Assembly: GCA_963798085.1 (NCBI GenBank) | Contig: CAWCRS010000003.1 | Span: 544,001 to 608,000 of the forward strand | From: an uncultured Gemmatimonadales bacterium | GTDB lineage: Bacteria; Gemmatimonadota; Gemmatimonadetes; Longimicrobiales; RSA9 | DNA length: 64,000 nt | Direction: 5' to 3' | In this document: positions 42,264 to 52,530 of the stretch, piece after piece | Numbering within the stretch: position 1 is the stretch's first letter | How the letters are laid out: each line of letters opens with the position of its first letter | The notes under the pieces: generated by a model | What the model saw: the letters and a program-made list of their open reading frames with translations, nothing else | The model's database searches: none | What the model was told of the DNA's origin: nothing | Program-made: the position numbers and the translations under genes

Positions 42264-42757
42264 GCAGTAGTGAGTAGAACGCCCAGGAACACCAGGCTGA
42301 TCCAGAGTACCACGCTGCGCAGCGAGCCACGGCGCAGCGCACGCCAGCGCCGGGGATCTCCGGCATCGAGGCTCAGCCGGCCGCCGGCGTGGCGGATGCT
42401 GATGCCATTGAGCAGCAGCAGCGCGAAGACGCCCATTTTCATCCAGAACACACGCGAAGGCAGGAGCGCATCCACATCGGCGAGCAGCAGTGCCACGCCG
42501 GTGATAACGACGACACCCAGTCCGAGGATCACGGGTCCGTGCACGGCGGACAACTCTTCCAGGAAGCTGGAGCGGTTGCCGGTTGTGGCCGCGCCCAGGC
42601 GCAACGTGGCGCGGTCGAACGCGAGCGCGAAACCGCCCGCCACGAGCAGTCCCGTGAGATGGAGGAACTGCACGCCGGTGGAAACCCACGGGGAGCGCCC
42701 GTACAGATCCGCCCATGGCTGAGCGACGCCGGAGAGCCATCCGCTGAAAGCAGCCAT
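42260..42757 (-). CDS. Four-TM membrane protein (DUF6644-like)
   Basis: FLHLTGLLVAGG, ITGVALL, FWMKM..LLLNG, SVVLW. Confidence 0.75.
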   Translation of the reverse strand: MAAFSGWLSGVAQPWADLYGRSPWVSTGVQFLHLTGLLVAGGFALAFDRATLRLGAATTGNRSSFLEELSAVHGPVILGLGVVVITGVALLLADVDALLPSRVFWMKMGVFALLLLNGISIRHAGGRLSLDAGDPRRWRALRRGSLRSVVLWISLVFLGVLLTTA

Positions 42758-43404
42758 CAGTCTCTCCGGAATGGTGGCAGCATGATCATATAACCGACTG
42801 TTGCGATGCCCATGGAGATCAGCGCATCACGGCGATGCGCGGTACGCAGCTGATTCGAATCGGGTTTGTAGGTGCCGGCGTGGGCCGCAGTGATTCCTGT
42901 GGCCACGAAGCCGGCGTCCGAGAGCAGCATCAGCAGGCCGTGCGCGGTCCGGCGCACGCGTTCATTCGGGTCGGGCCACGCCTCGATCATGTTGAGGCCG
43001 CCGGTCACCGTGTTGATGATGAAGAGACCACCCAGCACACCGGCGGCCGGGCCATGGATGCGGCGGGCCCAGCCGGGCGGCGCAGTCGTGCGACTAAGCA
43101 GCACCTGCCCCGCGACGAATTCGGTCACGAAGAGCGGCAACGTGACGTAACTCGCGATGCGGTGGAGGGCCAGTCGGGCGGCGTAGCCGTCGGAATACTC
43201 GATCAGGCGCTTCTGCGGCGTGTCGGCGCGGAGCGGCGCCCTGTCAGGCAGGCGCCAGGTGGAAGTGCCGGCGCGCGCGAGGGCGACTGCGGGCAAGGCG
43301 ATGGGGCAGGGCCGCCGGTCGCACGGCTGACCGGACCGGGCCGTGAGGGCCGGGTTGGTCGGATGGGTCGCGAACAGCTGAAGCGCGACGGCCAGCGCCA
43401 GCAT
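42757..43404 (-). CDS. Hypothetical membrane protein with four His-bearing helices
   Basis: LHRIASY, RIHGPAA, TAHGLLM, TAHRRDAL; stop overlaps the next start (TGATG). Confidence 0.7.
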   Translation of the reverse strand: MLALAVALQLFATHPTNPALTARSGQPCDRRPCPIALPAVALARAGTSTWRLPDRAPLRADTPQKRLIEYSDGYAARLALHRIASYVTLPLFVTEFVAGQVLLSRTTAPPGWARRIHGPAAGVLGGLFIINTVTGGLNMIEAWPDPNERVRRTAHGLLMLLSDAGFVATGITAAHAGTYKPDSNQLRTAHRRDALISMGIATVGYMIMLPPFRRD

Positions 43405-43703
43405 GCCATCTCCGATGGAAGGGAATCGATGTGCCAGGGCCCGCAGGGCGTTGCGCGATTCTCTGGCAATTCGCGGTCCGCCCGCCTGGGGATTCCGCAA
43501 TCGACTTTACTGCAAGGAGTTGTAGTGCATGCGCGAGGGCGGCATGAAAGCCGTTTCGCGCACGGGATTCATGGGGATGGGAACAAGCTGCGCAATGTCA
43601 CGGGCCGGCGCCTTTCCTGCGCGGCGCGTGTCCACGTATGTTGCGGACCGCGCGGGGCTACCAGGACCGGGCCCGCGACTTACCCTTCCCGCCGAGGCGC
43701 AAC

Positions 43704-46432
43704 ATGCGAATACGCAATCTGCTTCGCTTCTCATCGTACGGCGCCATGCTGCTGGCGCTGGCAACGATGCCGGCGCGCGCGCAGCAGCGTTCCCAGAACT
43801 CGCAGCAGGATGTCGCCGCGCAGGTCGCGGCGGATCGTGCGCTGCTGGCCAAGGAAAGCTACGTGCAGCCGCCCAAGGAGATCGTGGATCTGGTGACGGC
43901 GCCGCGCTACCTGAACGTGTCGCTCACGCAGCCGAGTCCCGATCGCAAGCATTTCCTCAAGGAGCAGAGTGAAGGCTTGCCGGGCATGGATGCCTTCGGC
44001 AAGCCGCACTACTACTTCGGCGGGTTGCAGGTGGACTTCAAGGCGAACCGCGCGCGCACGCTGACCACGCGCGGCGCCGTGGGTCTGCAGCTGATCGAGC
44101 CGACAACGGGCAAGTCGATGGCGATCGAGACGCCGAAGGGCGCGACGGTGAGCAGTGCGACGTGGTCGCCGGATGGCAAACAGCTCGCCTACATCGCGAA
44201 CTTCGATGCCGCCTCGCACATCTACGTTGCCGACATTGCGACGGGAAAGTCCGTGCAGGTCACGAAGACGCCTCTGCTGGCCACGCTGGTGACGGGCGTC
44301 GACTGGACGGCGGACGGTCGCAGTGTGATCGCAGTATTGCTGCCGGAGCCGCGCATGGCGGAGCCGAAGCGGCCCGAGATCGCGACCGGACCGCTGGTAC
44401 GTCTGTGGACGGACGGCGTCAAGGATGCAGAGCGCAATTTCGCGAGCCTGCTGCAGGATCCGTACGACATGGCGCTCATGGAGTACTACGTCACCGGGCC
44501 AGCTCGCGGTGATCGATGTGAAGACGAAGGCGGTGAAGAAGGTCGGCGCACCCGCCATGATCTCGAGCGTGCGATGCTTCGCCGGACGCGAAGTATTTCC
44601 GGGTGACGACCATGCAGAAGCCGTTCTCCTACGTCGTACAGTATGGCAGCTTCGGCACTAACGAGGAGTTATGGGACGCCAGCGGCAAGGTGCTGGCGAC
44701 ATCCAGAAGCGGCCGCTGCGTCTGGGCAACGACACGACAGGCGGGCGGCCGGGGCGGCGCGGGGTGGCGCCAACGATGCGAAGCGCGGCCTGACCTGGAT
44801 GCCGCAGGGCCCGGGCATGTTCTACATCGAGTCGGAGCCGGGACGGGCCGGCGACTCCACGGCGGCCGCGCCGGCGGGTGCGGGCCGGGGTCGCGGCGGC
44901 GGGCCGGTGGCGGCGGCGGGCGGCCGGATCGCCTGGTGCAGTGGCTGCCGCCGTTCGCGGCCAATGACACGAAGGTGCTCTATCAGAGCGGACGGCCCCA
45001 TGTCGCAGGTGGTGTTCACCGACGATGCCAAGACGGTGTTCGTGGGCACCACCGCGAACGGCAGCGGTGAGATCTATGCTGTCAGCCTCGACGATCCCGG
45101 CGAAGAAGATGGTGATCGTGCGGCAACGCGGTTATTCGCCAACGTTCGCCGGCGGTGGCCGCGGTGGCCGTGGTTTCGGCGGCGGCGGCGGCCGCGGTGG
45201 CGCGGCCGACGATTCGCTTTCGTTCTACAGCAATCCCGGCGGGCTGATGACGAAGCGCGGCACGCTGGGCGGCCAGGTCGCGATGGTGTCGTCGGATGGC
45301 GCGGTGTTCCTCACGGGCACGCAGTACTACCGCGATTTCCTCAAGCAGGCGCCGCGCGGGTTCGTCGACAAGGTCGACATCCAGTCGGGCAAGAAGACGC
45401 CGCATGTTCGAGGGTGCGGAGAACATGGTCGAGACGGTGGCTGCGCCGCTCGATGACGATTTCTCGAAGGCGATCGTGGATCGTGAGTCGCCAACGCAGG
45501 TGGCCGACTCCTACCTGCGCGACATGACGACGGGGCAGCTGACCAAGCTGACCGAGCAACAAGGACTACACGCCGGAGTTCACCAACGCTATCCGCAAGC
45601 GCATCGACGTCACGCGCGCCGACGGTTTCCATTTCATGGTGCAACCTGACGCTGCCGGATGACTACCAGGCGGGCACGCGGCTGCCGGCAATGTTCTGGT
45701 TCTATCCCGTACGAGTTCACCGAGCAGTCGGCGTACGACCGCACGCTGCGCACCGAGAACATCAATCGTTTCCCGCAGGCCGGACCGCGCACGATCGAGT
45801 ACCTGGTCACGCAGGGGTACGCGGTAGCGAACTTCGATCCGCCGATCATGGGTGAGGCCGGGCGCATGAACGACAATTATGTCTCCGACCTGCAGATGAA
45901 TCTGATCGCCGTGATCGATGAGCTGGACCGTCAGGGTTACATCGATCGCACCCGACTGGGCATCGGCGGGCACAGCTACGGCGCGTTCAGCACTGCGAAC
46001 GCGCTGGTACACACGCCGCTTCTTCAAGGCGGGCATTGCCGGCGACGGCATGTACAACCGCACCGCTGACGCCCAACGGGTTCCAGAGCGAGCGGCGCGA
46101 CTTCTGGGGCGGGCAGAAGACATACCTCGACATGTCGCCCATGCATGTTCGCCGACAAGATGCAGGGCGCGCTGCTCATGTATCACTCATGGAGGACCAG
46201 AACGTCGGGACGGATCCGATCAGCTCGATCCGCATGATGCAGGCGCTGCGCGCGAATGGTAAGACGGCGGCGTTGTACATGTACCCGTACGAGGATCATG
46301 GCCCGGCGACACGCGAGTCCGATCTCGATCAGTGGGCGCGCTGGGTCTGCGTGGCTGGACATCTACGTGAAGCACGCCGGAGAGGCGAACGCCAAGAACG
46401 GCGTGGCAGCCACTTCGGATGACCGGCACTGA
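43704..46432 (+). CDS. Secreted S9 prolyl-oligopeptidase family peptidase, multiply frameshifted
   Basis: Signal peptide; WSPDG propeller repeats; GGHSYGAF nucleophile, EDQNVG (Asp), YPYEDHG (His), distributed over several frames. Confidence 0.85.
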
Positions 46433-46490
46433 TCTGGACGGTCCGGCCGTGCGTCGGCGACGCCGCTGACGCGCGGACGGTCCTTGCAGG

Positions 46491-46528
46491 AACGGGAGGC
46501 AGAGCGACGAAGCTCAGCCTCCCGTTTT
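46491..46528 (+). terminator. Intrinsic terminator
   Basis: AACGGGAGGC...GCCTCCCGTTTT hairpin between convergent genes. Confidence 0.8.
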
Positions 46529-46556
46529 GCATTGCATTGCATCGTGGTGCGCGCAA

Positions 46557-49286
46557 TCAATCCTGGCGCAGCACGATCATGGGATCGAGTCCAGTCGCGG
46601 AGCGCAGCGGAGCGAGCGCCGCCAGCAGCGCGATGAATGCGAAGAACAAGACTGCGGCCAGCCACGTCGCCGGATCGACCGCGTTCACACCGAACAGCTG
46701 ACTGGCGACGAGTCTGCCAATGACCAGGGCGCCCAGCAGGCCCGCGGCAATGCCACCGATCAGGATCACGCCGACGGGGCGCAGCACCAATGCCGCCAGT
46801 GCAGCCGCACGCGCACCCAGCGCCACCCGGATGCCCATCTCACGCGTGCGCTCGGCGACGGAATACGCGATCACACCGTACAGGCCGATGCCGGCGAGGG
46901 TCGCGGTCAGGAGCGCGAGCAGATTGAGCAGGCGGGCGAGCAGCCTGCGCTGACCGAGCCTCGCGTCGAGCGCTTCCTGCAGAGGCGAGAGACGCGGCAC
47001 CGCCATTTCCGGCGCGAGACGGGCAGTGGTCTCGTGAATCGCGTTGTCCAGCGCAGCGCGCAGGGCGCGATCCTCACCGTGCGCACGCACGACGAGCATC
47101 AGCCGCGGCGAATCGAAGTGCGCCGGCGCGTAGAGGGTCTCACCGGCTTCCTCGGCGGGCGATTCCATGCGCAGCTCCCCGGTCACACCCACCACGCGAT
47201 ACTGCATCTGCCTGCCTGAAGCCGCGACGGGTGAGCGCAGGACACGGCCCACGGCATCCCCGTCGCCGAACAAGCGGCGTGCGAGGGCCGGCGTGATCAG
47301 TACCGGTGTCACCTCGCCGTCGGTCGCGTCGGCCTCCGTCAGGGTGCGTCCGCGCAGCAGCGGCGCACGCAGCGTTTCCATGTAACCATCTGTTACAGAA
47401 ACGCTGGTGATCGTGGCGGTATCGGCGCCGGAGGGGTGGAGCAGGCGAACGGCGCCGCTGCGGCCCCAGAACGGTATGGTGCTGCCGGCAGCGGCGGACT
47501 CGACACCGGGCAGGGCGCGCAGCGCGGTGAGCACACTGCCAGCGAGCGCGCGCTCGGCCGGGGCGGGCATGCCCTGCGAAAAGAAGTCCAGGAACGTGCT
47601 GTACACCCGGTCGATCTGGAAGCCGAGGCTCACCGCCTGCAGGTTGCGCACCGTGCGCGTGAGCAGCAGCGCGCCCACCAGCAGCGACAGCGAAAGTGCG
47701 AGCTGCGTGCCGGAGAGCGCTGCGCGCAACGCCCCCTGACGGCCGGTGCTGTGCCGCGTGCGCCCGCGCATGACCGTGGCCGGGGCGGGACGGCGCTGCA
47801 GCAGCGCGGGCAGGATGCCGGACAGCAGCAGCGCCAGCAGCGTTGTCAGCAAGGCGATGCCCAGCACACGAACGTTGGGCCGGAAGCCGCGATAGTCGCG
47901 GAACCCCACCAGCGTGCGCCCCTGCAACAAACGGCCGAGTACGGTCGCCGCGAGCACGCCCACGCCGCCACCCAGCAGTGCCAGCACGCCGTTCTCGATG
48001 GCCATCTGCCGGGCAATGCGGATGGCGCCCGCCCCGAGGGCGCGCCGCACGGCCACTTCGCCCTGACGCGTCGAACCGCGCAGCAACAGCAGGTTAGTGA
48101 CATTGACGCAGGCGATCAGCAGGAGAACGGCGACGGCAACCAGCAGCAGCCGTGCCGTGTCATTCATGCGCTTGCGGTACGCGGGATCGGTGCCGATGCC
48201 CGGGTACAGGCGAGGCCGGTAGCCGGTGAAGCGCGAACTCGCTTCCGGATGCGCCGACGCCAGGCGGGCGAAGGCCTGGCCCAGTGCAGCCTCGCTGGCG
48301 GCCGCTGTCGAGCCATCACGCAGACGCACCACCAGCTGGCCCAGATAATAACGCCGGGGGGCGGCGGCATTGTCGTGGTCCAGCCGGGCCAGTGCGGCGA
48401 GAGGAACCCAGGCGGCGACATCGAAGTCGCGTACCACACCACGGAAGCCGCCACCGGCCACACCGATGATCGTCAGCGACTGGCCGTTGACGCGCAGCGT
48501 GCGGCCGATAATGGCCGGATCGTGGCCGAACATCGTCGTCCAGAGCGATTCACTGATCACGGCCACATCAGGGTTCGCGTCCGCTGTCGTCTCCCGCGCA
48601 TCGAGAAGACGGCCCACGATCGCGTGCACACCGAGTAATGCGAACCAGTCGCCCACGATCGCCTGACCCATGAGTCCAGTGGGCGGACCAGCGACCGACT
48701 GCGCGTGCAGTCCGATCGCGAAGTAACCTGCCATGGAATCGGCAGCACCGGCTAGCGCGCGCAGTTCATCGAATTCGCGGTCCGAGATCACCGTGCCCTC
48801 GCCCGTCCGCGCATCCTTGAACTCGACGACCGCAACACGCTGCGGTTCGCGCACGCCGGGCATGGGCGCCAGCAGCGCCTGATCCACAGCGCTGTACACG
48901 ACCGTCACCGCCCCAATGCCCAGGCCGAGTGTGCTCGCCACAATGATGGTCAGGCGCGGACCGGATCGAAGGCGGCGCAAGGCCAGTCGCATATCACTGC
49001 GCCAACCGCCGGCACTGCGCAGAAAACCATGGCCCGGAGCCAGCCCCGCTCGTGCCGTGCCGCGATCCGCTTCCCAGAGCGCGCCGCGACGGCGCCAGGA
49101 ACGCATCACAACGGAAGCGAGCGCATCCCGCCAGTAGCGCGCACGCGCGCCGCTTTCATGTCGCGACAGCCGGCGCGCAAACACCTCCTCCAGATCGCCG
49201 ATGATGACCTCCCGCTCGGCACGCGGCAGCAATACATGCAGCAGCCAGCGTGCGAGGCGAGGCGACGAAGGCGCGCGCCGCGTCAC
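46557..49286 (-). CDS. ADOP-type duplicated permease
   Basis: PRLARWLL...IIGDLEE leader; LIACVNVTNLLL, ERTREMGIRVALGA, DPMIVLR; GTGA overlap with PadR. Confidence 0.92.
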   Translation of the reverse strand: MTRRAPSSPRLARWLLHVLLPRAEREVIIGDLEEVFARRLSRHESGARARYWRDALASVVMRSWRRRGALWEADRGTARAGLAPGHGFLRSAGGWRSDMRLALRRLRSGPRLTIIVASTLGLGIGAVTVVYSAVDQALLAPMPGVREPQRVAVVEFKDARTGEGTVISDREFDELRALAGAADSMAGYFAIGLHAQSVAGPPTGLMGQAIVGDWFALLGVHAIVGRLLDARETTADANPDVAVISESLWTTMFGHDPAIIGRTLRVNGQSLTIIGVAGGGFRGVVRDFDVAAWVPLAALARLDHDNAAAPRRYYLGQLVVRLRDGSTAAASEAALGQAFARLASAHPEASSRFTGYRPRLYPGIGTDPAYRKRMNDTARLLLVAVAVLLLIACVNVTNLLLLRGSTRQGEVAVRRALGAGAIRIARQMAIENGVLALLGGGVGVLAATVLGRLLQGRTLVGFRDYRGFRPNVRVLGIALLTTLLALLLSGILPALLQRRPAPATVMRGRTRHSTGRQGALRAALSGTQLALSLSLLVGALLLTRTVRNLQAVSLGFQIDRVYSTFLDFFSQGMPAPAERALAGSVLTALRALPGVESAAAGSTIPFWGRSGAVRLLHPSGADTATITSVSVTDGYMETLRAPLLRGRTLTEADATDGEVTPVLITPALARRLFGDGDAVGRVLRSPVAASGRQMQYRVVGVTGELRMESPAEEAGETLYAPAHFDSPRLMLVVRAHGEDRALRAALDNAIHETTARLAPEMAVPRLSPLQEALDARLGQRRLLARLLNLLALLTATLAGIGLYGVIAYSVAERTREMGIRVALGARAAALAALVLRPVGVILIGGIAAGLLGALVIGRLVASQLFGVNAVDPATWLAAVLFFAFIALLAALAPLRSATGLDPMIVLRQD

Positions 49287-49621
49287 GATCCCGTGCCTCC
49301 TGCCAGCTCGTCGAGGGTACGCGTCGTGCCCGCTGCGAGACGGCGCAGTGTGTCCCACGCATCGCGCAACGCACGCGCACCCGCAGGCCGCACGCGATAG
49401 CAGCGCCGCCGCCTGCCGCCGCGCTCGGGTGTGGTGTCACCGACCCACGACTCGACCAGCCCCTTCTGCTCCATGCGCTCGAGCGCCGTGTACAGTGCGC
49501 CGGGCGACACGCGCCGTCCGGTCTTCGCCTCGATCTCGTCCGCCAGGGCCACGCCATCCGCCTCGCCGTCGAGGCGTACGAGCGCGAAGAGCAGGTACTG
49601 TTCGAAGTCTCCCAGGTGCAT
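49283..49621 (-). CDS. PadR family regulator
   Basis: LGDFEQYLL, GALYTALERME.KG, ERGGRRRRCY; AAGGAG RBS. Confidence 0.92.
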   Translation of the reverse strand: MHLGDFEQYLLFALVRLDGEADGVALADEIEAKTGRRVSPGALYTALERMEQKGLVESWVGDTTPERGGRRRRCYRVRPAGARALRDAWDTLRRLAAGTTRTLDELAGGTGS

Positions 49622-49635
49622 GGCCACTCCTTTCG

Positions 49636-49648
49636 ACTACAACGTAGT
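49636..49648. promoter_or_regulatory. Palindromic operator candidate ACTAC-AAC-GTAGT
   Basis: Perfect inverted repeat next to the PadR RBS. Confidence 0.5.
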
Positions 49649-49853
49649 AATCGATCGGACTCGCTGGCAAGGGAATTCACCGCGGAGGACGGGGGATGGC
49701 GCGGGGAGCTGTTCGGCACAGGCGGAAGCATCCTCGGTCGGGAATGGAACGGAGGTTTCTGCTTTACGGATTTCACCGTGGAGGACGCGGGAAGGGGCTG
49801 GGAGCTGGCACTGCCTTGCGAGGCAGCGGGTCGGCTGTGAAGGCAGTCCTGGC

Positions 49854-50213
49854 GTGCGGTTGCGGTTTCAATACTTGAGAATCTGGTCGATCCGCTGGTT
49901 GTTTCCCTGGCTGAGTTTGGTGGCGTTGGCAGCGCTGTCTCGAGTTGGACACCACGATGGTCGATGGGAAATACGGTGGGACGGGGCCGGGGTCGACGCG
50001 GCCGAGCTCTCCTGGGGCGCCGGTGCGACGGAGCGGACGCTGCTGTGTGCCCAGTGGTTGTCACTGAGCGGAACTGATCGGGAGGGCACTGGCCGTGTGG
50101 CGGCAGGAATGCGGATCTGTGCTCCCCGCCAGGCAGTTCCCTTGCGCACGCCATCCTTCGAGCGCCGACGCTGTGCCGGGGGACCCGGCGTTGGTTGGCG
50201 TCTGACGTTGTGA
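49854..50213 (+). CDS. Possible small exported hypothetical protein
   Basis: GTG 49854; hydrophobic WLFPWLSLVALAALS segment; occupies an otherwise empty ~850-nt gap; no family recognised. Confidence 0.25.
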   Translation: MRLRFQYLRIWSIRWLFPWLSLVALAALSRVGHHDGRWEIRWDGAGVDAAELSWGAGATERTLLCAQWLSLSGTDREGTGRVAAGMRICAPRQAVPLRTPSFERRRCAGGPGVGWRLTL

Positions 50214-50488
50214 GGTCTGCCCGGGTGGCTCGGGACGCCCGTTCGCGGGCTGAAGGTAGCGCCGGCGCCGCTCGGCACGGGCGGAGCGGTGGAGCAACGG
50301 TCGCGTGTGCGGTTGGCTTTCTGGATCCGATGAGCCGATTCCGGTCCCGACTTCGCCACTGAAGATGCCGGCCGATTGTGGCTGGCTGTCCGACGGGAGA
50401 CCTTTGCTTGACTGTCGCCAATTCGACTGCCTAAGATGGCAAAGACATTCCTCTCCGACCTTCCCAGCTCCCTTCCAGGAGGTGCTGC

Positions 50489-51913
50489 ATGAGTGTGAGT
50501 ACGATCACATTGGACGGGCGCACCACGGTGCTCGCCACCGATACGCTCGGTCGCCTGGCTGCTGATCTGCGCGGGCGTGTGCTCACGCCCGATTCCACAG
50601 GTTACGACGAGGCGCGCTCGATCTGGAACGGCATGATCGATCGCAAGCCTGCCATCATCGTGCGCTGCAGCACGACCGACGACGTGATACACGCCGTGCG
50701 CTTCGCCAAGGATCATGCGCTGGTGACAGCCGTGCGCGGTGGCGGCCACAACATTGCGGGCAATGCGCTGAGTGATAACGGGCTTGTTATCGATCTCTCC
50801 CTGATGCGCGCGGTCACCGTCGATGCGGCGGCGCGCACTGCCACGGTCGAGCCGGGCGCCACACTGGCCGATTTCGATGCGGAGGCGCAGAAGCACGGGC
50901 TGGCCACGCCGCTCGGCATCAATTCAACGACGGGTGTTGCGGGCCTCACGCTGGGCGGCGGCTTCGGCTGGCTCAGCCGCAAGTACGGCCTCACCATCGA
51001 CAACCTGATCTCGGCCGATGTCGTCACCGCCAATGGTCAGCGCGTGCGCGCGAGCGAGACGGAGAACACCGATCTGTTCTGGGGCATTCGCGGCGGCGGC
51101 GGCAATTTCGGTGTGGTGACCTCATTCGAGTTCCGTCTGCACCCCGTGGGACCGGAAGTACTGTCCGGGCTCATCGTGCACCCGCTGGACAACGCGGCGA
51201 GTGTGCTGCGCTTCTGGCGTGATTTCCTCAAGACCACGCCCGACGAGTTCGTGTGCTGGTTCGTGCTGCGCAAGGCGCCGCCTCTTCCCTTCCTCGCCCC
51301 CGAGTGGCACGGCAAGGAAATTCTGGCCCTGGCAGCCTGTTATAGCGGGCCCGATCTCAAGGAAGGCGAGCGCGTGGCGCAGCCGCTGCGCAGCTTCGGC
51401 AGCCCCATCGCGGATGTGATCGCGCCGCACCCCTACGCCGGCTGGCAGCAGGTGCTCGACCCACTGCTCACGCCGGGTGCGCGCAATTACTGGAAGACGC
51501 ACGATTTCCGCGAGGTGAGCGACGGCCTGATCGACACGCTGATCGAGCACGCGCGGCACATCCCGGATCCACAGACGGAAATCGCGTTCGCTCAGCTGGG
51601 CGGGGCCGTGGGCCGCGTACCGCAGGAGGCTACCGCGTACACGCACCGCGACGCGGCATTCGTGCTCAACGTGCACGGCCGCTGGGCCGACCCCGCGCAG
51701 GACGAGAAGTGCATTGGCTGGGCGCGCGGCCTGTTCAACGCGTGCACGCCCTTCGCCACGGGTGGCGCCTACGTCAATTTCCTGACGCAGGAAGAAGGCG
51801 CTCGTGTGAAGGCCGCGTACGGCTCGAACTACGACCGGCTGGTGCGCGTGAAGACGCAGTACGATCCGAGGAACCTGTTCCGCGTCAACCAGAACATTGC
51901 GCCGACAGGCTGA
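50489..51913 (+). CDS. FAD-linked oxidoreductase (berberine bridge enzyme/VAO family)
   Basis: RGGGHN, GVAGLTLGGGFG, LFWGIRGGGGNFG, YVNF, KTQYDP.NLF; AGGAGG RBS. Confidence 0.94.
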   Translation: MSVSTITLDGRTTVLATDTLGRLAADLRGRVLTPDSTGYDEARSIWNGMIDRKPAIIVRCSTTDDVIHAVRFAKDHALVTAVRGGGHNIAGNALSDNGLVIDLSLMRAVTVDAAARTATVEPGATLADFDAEAQKHGLATPLGINSTTGVAGLTLGGGFGWLSRKYGLTIDNLISADVVTANGQRVRASETENTDLFWGIRGGGGNFGVVTSFEFRLHPVGPEVLSGLIVHPLDNAASVLRFWRDFLKTTPDEFVCWFVLRKAPPLPFLAPEWHGKEILALAACYSGPDLKEGERVAQPLRSFGSPIADVIAPHPYAGWQQVLDPLLTPGARNYWKTHDFREVSDGLIDTLIEHARHIPDPQTEIAFAQLGGAVGRVPQEATAYTHRDAAFVLNVHGRWADPAQDEKCIGWARGLFNACTPFATGGAYVNFLTQEEGARVKAAYGSNYDRLVRVKTQYDPRNLFRVNQNIAPTG

Positions 51914-51946
51914 TGTTCTGACGCACTGTTATATCGCTTCCGGCGG

Positions 51947-51989
51947 ACGCGTGCCGGTGGGTCAGCCCCGCCGGCACGCGTTTCGTTTT
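51947..51989 (+). terminator. Intrinsic terminator
   Basis: ACGCGTGCCGGTGGG-loop-CCCGCCGGCACGCGT followed by TTCGTTTT. Confidence 0.8.
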
Positions 51990-52176
51990 CAGGAGGCGGC
52001 TCACGCAGGAATTGCCGCGCCCTCGTTCCGGGTCGGGCCGGCGAACACGGCCGGGCCGGGACTCGTGGATGGGCGGCTCCGGCCGGAAGCAAAGAATGCC
52101 CGGACTGTCCGAGTCCTTCGCCCCAGCACGCTTGCCGGGGGCATGGTGCTTCCATTAACAATGCCAGCAGACTCAA

Positions 52177-52189
52177 CTAGCACTGCTAG
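52177..52189. promoter_or_regulatory. Palindromic operator candidate CTAGCA-C-TGCTAG
   Basis: Perfect inverted repeat with two CTAG, 8 nt before the PadR ATG. Confidence 0.55.
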
Positions 52190-52197
52190 ATCAAGGC

Positions 52198-52530
52198 ATG
52201 AACGAGAAAGAGCTGCTCGGCGAATTCGAGCACCAGGTGCTGCTGTCCGCGCTCCGGCTGGGCGATGTGGCGTTCACGTCCAGCATTGTGCTGGAGCTGG
52301 AGCGTCGCATTGAGCGGCAGGTGGCGGCGGCGGCAGTGTACATCGCGCTGCGCCGGCTGGAGGAGAACGGGCTGGTGCGGTCGGAGCTGCGCGAGGGCGA
52401 CAGTCGCGCGGGGCGGCGCGAGCGCCGGCATTTCGCGGTGACGCGCGAGGGGCTGCACCTGCTGCGCCAGTCGCGCAGCCGTTTCCTGCGCCTGTGGGAT
52501 GGCCTCGAGCTGGTGCTGGCGGAGGAATGA
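52198..52530 (+). CDS. PadR family regulator
   Basis: LGEFEHQVLL, AVYIALRRLEENG, GRRERRHF.VT.EG. Confidence 0.92.
   Translation: MNEKELLGEFEHQVLLSALRLGDVAFTSSIVLELERRIERQVAAAAVYIALRRLEENGLVRSELREGDSRAGRRERRHFAVTREGLHLLRQSRSRFLRLWDGLELVLAEE

Noticed and set aside
51990..52170. Possible structured RNA upstream of PadR (GGACTCG...CGAGTCC pairing)
   Set aside because: Such pairing is expected by chance at this GC content, and no riboswitch consensus was recognised.
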